Positions 57,167 through 63,597 of a DNA stretch of 64,000 nucleotides are shown in pieces. A program made the position numbers and the translations under genes. Location: the NCBI GenBank assembly GCA_903923205.1, contig CAIXXC010000413.1, forward strand, positions 6,524-70,523. The letters are read 5' to 3'. Source of the stretch: an uncultured Rhodospirillales bacterium. Lineage in GTDB: Bacteria > Pseudomonadota > Alphaproteobacteria > ATCC43930 > CGMCC-115725. The notes under the pieces were generated by a model that ran no database searches, was not told where the DNA came from, and saw only the letters and a program-made list of their open reading frames with translations. Within the stretch, counting starts at the first letter, position 1. Each line of letters starts with the position of its first letter.

Positions 57167-58240
57167 TCAGGGCGTGATCGCAACCTTCAGGACGCCGTCA
57201 CGCTGGTTGGCGAAAAGATCATAGGCGGCCTCGATATCGTCGAGCTTGAACCGATGGGTGACCAGCGGCTTCAGATCGATACGGCCGCCTGCGATCACCG
57301 ACATCAGGCGACGCATCCGTTCCTTGCCACCGGGGCAAAGGGTGGTCACGATTTTCAGATCCGCGAGACCCGCGGCGAAAGCGTCGAGGGGAATGCTAAG
57401 GTCAGTCGAATAGACACCAAGGCTCGATAATGTGCCGCCGGGACGCAACACCCGGAGCGCGCCTTCAAAGGTCGCCTGGGAACCCAGCGCCTCGATCGCG
57501 ACATCGACGCCGCGACCATCGGTCAGCCGCATGATCTCAGCCACCGGATCGACCTTGGTGAAATCAATGACATGGTCCGCGCCCATCTGACGCGCCACGG
57601 CAGCGCGTGCCGGAACGGACTCGACGGCAATGATCTTGGTGGCGCCCGAAAGCTTAGCCCCGGCGGTGGCGCAGAGCCCGATTGGTCCCTGGGCAAACAC
57701 CGCGACGGTATCGCCGATCCGGACATTGCCGCTCTCGGCGCCACTGAACCCGGTCGACATGATATCGGGGCACATCAGTACCTGTTCATCCGTAAGGTCG
57801 TCCGGCACGGCGGCAAGATTGACCATCGCGTCGGGAACCCGGACATATTCGGCCTGACAGCCATCAATCGCATTGCCGAATTTCCAGCCACCGAAAGCCT
57901 GGAAGCCATATTTGGCGTTCGGCCCGTCCTGACTGCCATGGCCACACAGGCAGGCTGCGCTGTGACCGCTCTGGCTGATCGCGCCGGAGATGACGCGCTG
58001 CCCCTCATGAAACCCCTTGACCTCCGAGCCCAGCTTTTCGATCACGCCGACGGGCTCATGACCAATGGTCAGTCCCTTGCGAACGGGGTATTCGCCCTTC
58101 AGGATGTGAACGTCCGTCCCGCAGATGGTGGTCGTCGTGATCCTGATCAGTGCGTCGAGCGGACCGATATCCGGGATCGGTTTGTCCTGAAGGACGATGC
58201 GATGGGGTTCGACGAAAACGGCGGCTTTCATCATGGGCAT
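57167..58240 (-). CDS. Zn-dependent alcohol dehydrogenase, secondary-alcohol (TbADH/CbADH-like) type
   Basis: Zn ligands (CGTDVH, GHEPVG) and GWKFGNAIDG...AEY. The Rossmann region GPIGLCATAGAKLSGA closely parallels NADP-dependent secondary ADHs. Confidence 0.85.
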   Translation of the reverse strand: MPMMKAAVFVEPHRIVLQDKPIPDIGPLDALIRITTTTICGTDVHILKGEYPVRKGLTIGHEPVGVIEKLGSEVKGFHEGQRVISGAISQSGHSAACLCGHGSQDGPNAKYGFQAFGGWKFGNAIDGCQAEYVRVPDAMVNLAAVPDDLTDEQVLMCPDIMSTGFSGAESGNVRIGDTVAVFAQGPIGLCATAGAKLSGATKIIAVESVPARAAVARQMGADHVIDFTKVDPVAEIMRLTDGRGVDVAIEALGSQATFEGALRVLRPGGTLSSLGVYSTDLSIPLDAFAAGLADLKIVTTLCPGGKERMRRLMSVIAGGRIDLKPLVTHRFKLDDIEAAYDLFANQRDGVLKVAITP

Positions 58241-58367
58241 GGCGTTCTCCCGGGCCTCGCATTGTTATTGGACGGCGACAGGAGAGGCCCATTCCCGATT
58301 GGTGCACCGTCAGTTGGCGCAAATCATAGCGCAGATATGATCGCCCGCCCATGGGTTGGATCGGCGC

Positions 58368-59000
58368 TCACGGCGCCCATTGATTGGCGATACACTCGCG
58401 GATCGCCGCCTCGAATTCAGGCTCCAGATACGGCGCTATAACATCGAAGAGTTGGTTGATACCCGCCGTCATGTCACTGCGCTGGATGTCGGTTATGCCG
58501 GAAATTTGCAGAAAACCGATCCAGTTCGACCATATCAGCCAAGTTCCAAGGGCGAGCGAGGCGATACCTGCAGCGCCCCTGGGATGGGTTAGATTGCCGT
58601 CCTCAGCGATGCCGGCAGCAATGCTGCCGAGCTCAGCGATGCCCCAGCGCTGGAGCCCCTGATAGCGGGCAGCCAGCACAGGGTCCCGCCGAAGTAGCCC
58701 AAGCGTGCCGTTAAAGAAAAATCGGTAGCGCCAGGCAAGATCGAAGGTCCGAAGGTAAAACGCGGCGATCCGTTCAGGCGGTAGAGGCCTGACAACATCG
58801 CGCTGGAGTACATCGTGGAATTCATCCTCCAGGGCGTCGAACAGGGTGTGGACGATCTCCTCGCGATTGGAGAAATGGTAATAGAGATTGCCGGGGCTGA
58901 CACCGGTTTCGGTGGCAATCCGGTTGGTGCCCACGGCTTCGGCGCCGAGTTCGTTCATCAGACGCAATGTCGTCTCGATGATCCGCTCCCTGTTCCCCAT
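58368..59000 (-). CDS. TetR/AcrR-family transcriptional regulator
   Basis: N-terminal HTH IIETTLRLMNELGAEAVGTNRIATETGVSPGNLYYHF. Divergent from the 59264 operon. Confidence 0.9.
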   Translation of the reverse strand: MGNRERIIETTLRLMNELGAEAVGTNRIATETGVSPGNLYYHFSNREEIVHTLFDALEDEFHDVLQRDVVRPLPPERIAAFYLRTFDLAWRYRFFFNGTLGLLRRDPVLAARYQGLQRWGIAELGSIAAGIAEDGNLTHPRGAAGIASLALGTWLIWSNWIGFLQISGITDIQRSDMTAGINQLFDVIAPYLEPEFEAAIRECIANQWAP

Positions 59001-59166
59001 CTATGCGCCTCCTCCACGCTGCTCGCCGACCGCGCCCCAAGACCCGACAGAACCGTCGGAAGCTTGCCGATGCGTTATAACTACAGGAGTTTGGCAGAAA
59101 ATCCCGCGATCAGATTGCGACTCTCTGTAGTTTGAGCCAATCGTTCGCAACCACGATTGATAGCCG

Positions 59167-59207
59167 TTGACAATGCGACATGATCGCTCTAGAGTTTTTA
59201 CTCTAGA
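59167..59207 (+). promoter_or_regulatory. Sigma-70-like promoter (TTGACA-17 nt-TAGAGT) overlapped by the perfect palindromic operator TCTAGAGT-tttt-ACTCTAGA
   Basis: -35 at 59167-59172 and -10 at 59190-59195. Palindrome arms at 59188-59195 and 59200-59207. The site lies 57 nt upstream of the 59264 start, in the classic TetR-operator position. Confidence 0.45.
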
Positions 59208-59263
59208 TAGAAGTTCGGGCTTTTCCAGTCCCGATAGAAACAAGCTCTGGGCGAGGACGCGAC

Positions 59264-60202
59264 ATGACCACGACAAAGCCGTTTAACGGACTGTTTCGTC
59301 GGCAAGAAGACGACAATACTGCGCGCACCGATTGCCCGCATGATATTCTCGTGCGCCCCTTTAGCTTCGACTTTCCTGACGATCTGAACCCGGTTTGGTC
59401 GCCCGGACACGTGGTACGATCCCACCTCTTCAACGGCTTTTCTTTGACGATGCCGTACCTTGAGCCGTACCTCATCCGAACGATGCGGGAAGTCTCGTCC
59501 CAGATCACTGATCCGGGGCTGTTGCAGGATATTCGTGGTTTCAATGGCCAGGAGGCCCGCCATTACGAATGCCACCGCCGCCTGAACGACTTGCTGAAAC
59601 GCAATGGTTATCCGGAATTGGCGGCGGTTGAGGGAAAACTAGCCGATTCATATGCCCGCCTGGGAAAGCGCAGCCTTCGCACCCGCCTTGCCTACAATGC
59701 GGGCTTCGAAAGCATGACCAACGGATTCACGAACTGGTTCGTCGCCAAGCGGTTGCAACTATTCGGCGGCGCCTGCCCCTATGTATCGTCGTTCTGGATC
59801 ATGCACATGATCGAAGAAGCCGAACACAAGACGGTCGCGTTCGATGCCTATATGGCCTACTCAGGCGCCTATCTGCCGCGAGCGCTCGGCGTCCTCCATG
59901 GCTCGTTCCACGTCCTCGGCTTCGGCTTTGTTGCCCTGTTCCGTGCCCTGCGAAAGGATGGGAAGCTCTCCGACGCGGGCACGCTCGCCGAGATCGTACG
60001 GGAAACCGCCAGCCTGGTCTGGAACGTCGGTCCCTACCTGCTCCGCGCCATGATGCCCGGTTATGACCCACGCCAGGAAACGGATCCGCAGTGGTCAAAA
60101 GACTGGGTGTCGGGCTATGCCCGCCTGCCGGCAAATGCGCCGCTGCCCTTGATCGACACTCGGAGTACAGAGATGCCCGTGCCCTTCGCGGCGCCGGTTT
60201 GA
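59264..60202 (+). CDS. COG3687/PF10118-type predicted metal-dependent protein (annotated 'hydrolase' family)
   Basis: Family-like blocks FSLTMPYLEPYLIRTMR, GQEARHYECH and HMIEEAEHKTVAFD. Contains two ExxH motifs plus additional conserved Glu residues. Confidence 0.55.
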   Translation: MTTTKPFNGLFRRQEDDNTARTDCPHDILVRPFSFDFPDDLNPVWSPGHVVRSHLFNGFSLTMPYLEPYLIRTMREVSSQITDPGLLQDIRGFNGQEARHYECHRRLNDLLKRNGYPELAAVEGKLADSYARLGKRSLRTRLAYNAGFESMTNGFTNWFVAKRLQLFGGACPYVSSFWIMHMIEEAEHKTVAFDAYMAYSGAYLPRALGVLHGSFHVLGFGFVALFRALRKDGKLSDAGTLAEIVRETASLVWNVGPYLLRAMMPGYDPRQETDPQWSKDWVSGYARLPANAPLPLIDTRSTEMPVPFAAPV

Positions 60203-60246
60203 AGACAAGTAGACAACTGCCCGCAAACACCCTTGAACAAGGAAAG

Positions 60247-60726
60247 ATGATGGATCAATTGCAACGGATCATGATCGGCAATGGCTTGCTGGTCATTCTC
60301 GCCGCGATGTTCGCCGGCTTCATGCTCATGTTTCATTTGATCGGCGGGATCGAGATCTGGCCGGGAACGATCTTGCCAATCCACATATACGGCACGAGCG
60401 ACGGCTGGGTTCGGGCTCACTCGGGTGGCACGATGAACGGGATACTCGTGATCGTGGTCGCGCTGGCCTTGCCCAAACTGAACCTAAGCCCGCTGATGCA
60501 GAAGCTGACGGCATACGGTTTCCTATATGTAGCCTGGTCATTCACACTGTTCTACTGGCTTGGCAATGCTGCGGGCAATCGAGGGCTCACCCTCGGCGAT
60601 AGTCAGCTTGGCCATACAGATCTGATCAGCGTGATCGCCTTCCTTCCCGGCTTGCCGAGCGTGTTCATCGTGGTCGTCCTTCTGGTGATCGCGGCCAGAA
60701 GCGTGCTGAGTGCAAATAAGGCGTAA
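60247..60726 (+). CDS. Styrene-oxide isomerase (StyC)-like 4-TM membrane protein
   Basis: 159 aa with 4 TM helices. The blocks GNGLLVI, LIGGIEIWPG, GWVRAHSGGTMNG and NRGLTLG parallel StyC as I recall it. Counting from the ATG at 60247, His58, Asn64 and Tyr103 fall at the positions reported as haem ligand and catalytic residues of SOI. SD AAGGAAAG precedes the start. Confidence 0.6.
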   Translation: MMDQLQRIMIGNGLLVILAAMFAGFMLMFHLIGGIEIWPGTILPIHIYGTSDGWVRAHSGGTMNGILVIVVALALPKLNLSPLMQKLTAYGFLYVAWSFTLFYWLGNAAGNRGLTLGDSQLGHTDLISVIAFLPGLPSVFIVVVLLVIAARSVLSANKA

Positions 60727-60794
60727 CCCATTGGGCGAGGCGGAGGGTCGATGAACAGGGTGGCTTGCGCTGTCCCATGAGGGCGCGCTAGCCA

Positions 60795-60995
60795 CTATTC
60801 TGGGGTCATTGGTTCCTTCGCAACCCGATCGGGCTCACGGCCGAGATCAGTCGAGCTTTCGATTTCTGCCAATTTTTCGACAAGCCGTTGAAGCGTTGTC
60901 GAACTAGCGAAGCCCGAGGCCTTCATGAAGGCAATCTCCTTTCTCAGAGCCGCACGCATCAATGCCCAGTCCTCGATCGCTTTCGGGACCTCCAT
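60795..60995 (-). CDS. Hypothetical small helical protein (66 aa)
   Basis: ORF only. It lies at the distal end of the minus-strand gene string in the AT-richer patch. No recognisable motif. Confidence 0.3.
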   Translation of the reverse strand: MEVPKAIEDWALMRAALRKEIAFMKASGFASSTTLQRLVEKLAEIESSTDLGREPDRVAKEPMTPE

Positions 60996-61179
60996 CGTTA
61001 CACCTCGCCTCTATGCTTCAACTGGCTATGCGGCGACCACGTGCCTGAAGATGGGCTCCAGGGGTCGTTGGCCAGACGATCATGGCGGGCGTCCTCTGCT
61101 GCTGACTGCAGTTCGACCGGTACGGACATCGCACTTGATATCGATACCTCAGGGGGTGATGACAGGCGCATCGCGGCGA

Positions 61180-61647
61180 TCAGTTATTCGCCGTATTGCC
61201 GGGGACATCAGATGACCTCCTCCATGACGTCCTGACACCGTGCGTCTCGAAAAAGACATCGATTTTCGCCTGCACCTCGCTGTGTAACGGCAAGGCCATG
61301 ATGCCCCGCCGCTCGAACAGGGAGTCGATCTTAGCTTGAAGATTTGTTTCCCGCGGCAAGCCTGCCCTGGGTTGAACAGGAGACGGACGCGAAACGGGCA
61401 GCGATACGGAGATCACAACCCCGCCACGATTTTGGCCCATGCGCGCTATCTGAGAGGTTGTCGCAGGAAGAGGGATGTCCTCCCCATTCTTGATCATCGC
61501 CTTGACGTGACGGAGAAGCATTTCCTGGGCGATCCTTCTGGCGCCGCTGTGCCTGCCGGTCGCGCCAATACACATCGGAAAATCAGGGAAAGTGATTTGA
61601 AAACCGCGCGCCCCCAAGGGTCGAAGCAACCCGATATATCTCATCAT
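61180..61647 (-). CDS. HicB-family antitoxin-like protein with an atypical C-terminus
   Basis: The N-terminal MRYIGLL...GFQITFPDFPMCIGATG...AQEMLLRHVKAMIKNGEDIPLP matches the HicB/UPF0150 pattern (FPDFPGC). The C-terminus has a duplicated xQAKIDxxFExxG segment instead of a clean RHH. Confidence 0.65.
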   Translation of the reverse strand: MMRYIGLLRPLGARGFQITFPDFPMCIGATGRHSGARRIAQEMLLRHVKAMIKNGEDIPLPATTSQIARMGQNRGGVVISVSLPVSRPSPVQPRAGLPRETNLQAKIDSLFERRGIMALPLHSEVQAKIDVFFETHGVRTSWRRSSDVPGNTANN

Positions 61648-61663
61648 GTGCCGTGACCCTTTC

Positions 61664-62236
61664 CTACCGGGAGATCTGATTGCGCAAATTCGGGTCGCTC
61701 AGCATCTTGTCGCGGACATCCTGGAGGACGCGGCGGATTTCCGCCTCATACTCGAATTTCATGTCCTTGAGCGATGCCTCGAAGGTTTTGCGGATGCCGA
61801 AATACATCATCATGACCAACTGGCCCGTATCGCACGACACGTCGGCGTCAAGGTCGATTACCTTGCACATCGCATCAGCGATCTCTCCAATCAGCGGCGC
61901 TTCGACCATGGCGGCAAGGCCGCGGACGTCATTCGCCAGATCAAAGACCTTTTCTTTGATCTCTGGCGTAATCGGGTTGATCGATTTCATCAGCAATACG
62001 CCGAGATCATCGACCATCTGCCCGAATTCCTGACGACCCATTGTGATGATGCCGACCGATGCCTTTTCGGCCCGCTTGGCGGCGACATCCACATCGACCC
62101 CTTTTGAGCGGCCGAGAGGGAGCTTTGCATGCGGAGGAATTGGAACCGTCGTCACCTTCGGTGTGGCGACCGGCGCTGGATTCTGGATCATATTAAAGTT
62201 CAGCCTCAAAGCCTCGTGGGCCGGCGCCGCAATCAT
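61664..62236 (-). CDS. Hypothetical protein (190 aa), translationally coupled to the upstream response regulator
   Basis: The start ATG overlaps the response-regulator stop (ATGA at 62233-62236). The C-terminal 120 aa or so is predicted helical. No HPt (HxxKG), CheZ or CheC/X motif was found. Confidence 0.45.
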   Translation of the reverse strand: MIAAPAHEALRLNFNMIQNPAPVATPKVTTVPIPPHAKLPLGRSKGVDVDVAAKRAEKASVGIITMGRQEFGQMVDDLGVLLMKSINPITPEIKEKVFDLANDVRGLAAMVEAPLIGEIADAMCKVIDLDADVSCDTGQLVMMMYFGIRKTFEASLKDMKFEYEAEIRRVLQDVRDKMLSDPNLRNQISR

Positions 62237-62700
62237 TGCAATAAGAATGCGTGGTTCCGGGGTGGCCCAAAATAATCACCGACAATTTCGAAGGGTCTTT
62301 CATCGGCCAGGGACGTGGCAAATTTCATCATAAAAGCCTGCGCACTCGTCGGCTTTGTAATGTACGTGTTGACGCCCGCCCGCAAAGCCGCATGCACACG
62401 ATGCTGCTCATTATATGCGGTCACCATCATCACGTTCAAAAAGCGGTTCGGGCTCTCATCGGCGTGCCGTATCAGGCGCAGCAGCTCCAAACCTGAGCCA
62501 TCCGGAAGCTTCCAATCGCAGATCACGACATGGGGCTGAAACTCGCGGATTGTCGTCCAGCTTTTTTTCGCGCTGCTGACACAGCGTATGTGACGAATCC
62601 CCAGCTCGTTCAAAAAATTCCGGATAAGATCGCGCCAGAAAAGCATTCCATCAACGATTACAACCCTTATGTTCGAGTAATCATGGGTCTGCATGTTCAT
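62233..62700 (-). CDS. Single-domain CheY-like response regulator
   Basis: Receiver signature: VVIVDG, phospho-acceptor VICDWKLPDGSG, MVTAY (Thr), YITKP (Lys). AGGAG SD lies 7 nt upstream of the ATG at 62700. Confidence 0.85.
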   Translation of the reverse strand: MNMQTHDYSNIRVVIVDGMLFWRDLIRNFLNELGIRHIRCVSSAKKSWTTIREFQPHVVICDWKLPDGSGLELLRLIRHADESPNRFLNVMMVTAYNEQHRVHAALRAGVNTYITKPTSAQAFMMKFATSLADERPFEIVGDYFGPPRNHAFLLQ

Positions 62701-62753
62701 GGTGACTCCTAATACTTTTGGGGCTTATTTCGTGACGATCAAACACACGTCGA

Positions 62754-62840
62754 TCAGAACACCATCGCCACAACAAGTGCGGAACACATGCCAAACATGG
62801 CAAGACCGCCCAGTAGGAAGCCGGTGGCAAATTCGGGCAT
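62754..62840 (-). CDS. Unlisted 28-aa hydrophobic peptide (MPEFATGFLLGGLAMFGMCSALVVAMVF)
   Basis: Hand-translated from the minus strand. A GGGGAGGG SD ends about 9 nt upstream of the ATG at 62840, and the TGA is at 62754-62756. It sits between the 92-aa ORF and the response regulator. It is below the ORF-track length cutoff. Confidence 0.35.
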   Translation of the reverse strand: MPEFATGFLLGGLAMFGMCSALVVAMVF

Positions 62841-62861
62841 TGGATTAATCCCTCCCCAGAC

Positions 62862-63140
62862 TCATCGCTCGCTTGACGCCGAGAACGGCTGCAAACTGTA
62901 ATGATAATCGACATAAACCTTATAAGCGGCGCCGCGTGAAATCGTCACCGTCGTTCCAAGGATAAGTATTCCCGCGAATACTCCACAAAATACCTCAAGG
63001 ATAATTTTGTTATTTCGTTTTGCCGCCCGCTTTCTTTCCCTGAACTGGCGAAGTCGGGCTTGAAAATGGGCCCGCGCAAGTGCATGATCAGCAGGTGAAC
63101 TGATCGAGTCTGGAATGATCATCGTAAAATCTCCCAACAT
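62862..63140 (-). CDS. Hypothetical single-pass membrane protein (86-92 aa)
   Basis: ORF with a basic N-region (RLRQFRERKRAAKRNNK) followed by one TM (IILEVFCGVFAGILILGTTV). The ATG at 63122 has a GGGAG SD and may be the real start. Confidence 0.35.
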   Translation of the reverse strand: MLGDFTMIIPDSISSPADHALARAHFQARLRQFRERKRAAKRNNKIILEVFCGVFAGILILGTTVTISRGAAYKVYVDYHYSLQPFSASSER

Positions 63141-63142
63141 CG

Positions 63143-63406
63143 TCAGACTGCCGCAACAACTTCAACTGGTAGCTTGCGGAGCAAGTCTTGCAATTTCCGA
63201 GACGAACTAAGGCTATCCTCAGCCATATTGAACCGAATCTTCGGAGCAGCTTTCGACCACCGGCAGCCCTTGCCGCCACCCTTGGTCCAAAGCTCTCCGT
63301 AGGCGAGAACCATTTCCGTGCGCTCAAACTCGGAAGCGCGATGTATCGTTTTCCTGTGCACTGCACACACCCGAACGCTTTCATCAAAAGAAGGAACGTA
63401 GTTCAC
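63143..63406 (-). CDS. Hypothetical protein (up to 87 aa), first ORF divergent from the CI-like repressor; possibly Cro-like
   Basis: Support comes from position only: it is the first gene of the leftward string opposite the repressor. There is no clear SD for the GTG start and no recognised motif. Confidence 0.2.
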   Translation of the reverse strand: MNYVPSFDESVRVCAVHRKTIHRASEFERTEMVLAYGELWTKGGGKGCRWSKAAPKIRFNMAEDSLSSSRKLQDLLRKLPVEVVAAV

Positions 63407-63597
63407 GATATGGTACGCATTATTTCGAAAATGGTGCCGACTGAACGCATATTAGGAAGTTTTTTCCGTGTCGTAAAGCAGCAAAAAACATGCCCTATAA
63501 TACTAGTGCCGAAAAATATGGGGGCCTGCGGCAAATGGGCATTAATCGTTCCTGATCGAAGTGCTGTAAGATTTCTGCAAAGACAGGCAGATACGCC

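Noticed and set aside
60795-60995. The 66-aa ORF, or the 43-aa ORF at about 61003-61134(-), as the missing HicA toxin partner of the HicB-like gene.
   Set aside because: Neither has the HicA pattern (a basic dsRBD-like fold with a conserved His). They are acidic or helical, or low complexity.
62681-62914. 77-aa minus-strand track ORF overlapping the 28-aa peptide locus.
   Set aside because: There is no SD, the translation is Cys/Arg/Trp-rich, and it overlaps both the end of the 92-aa ORF and the response-regulator start. The SD-preceded 28-aa frame is the more plausible coding unit.
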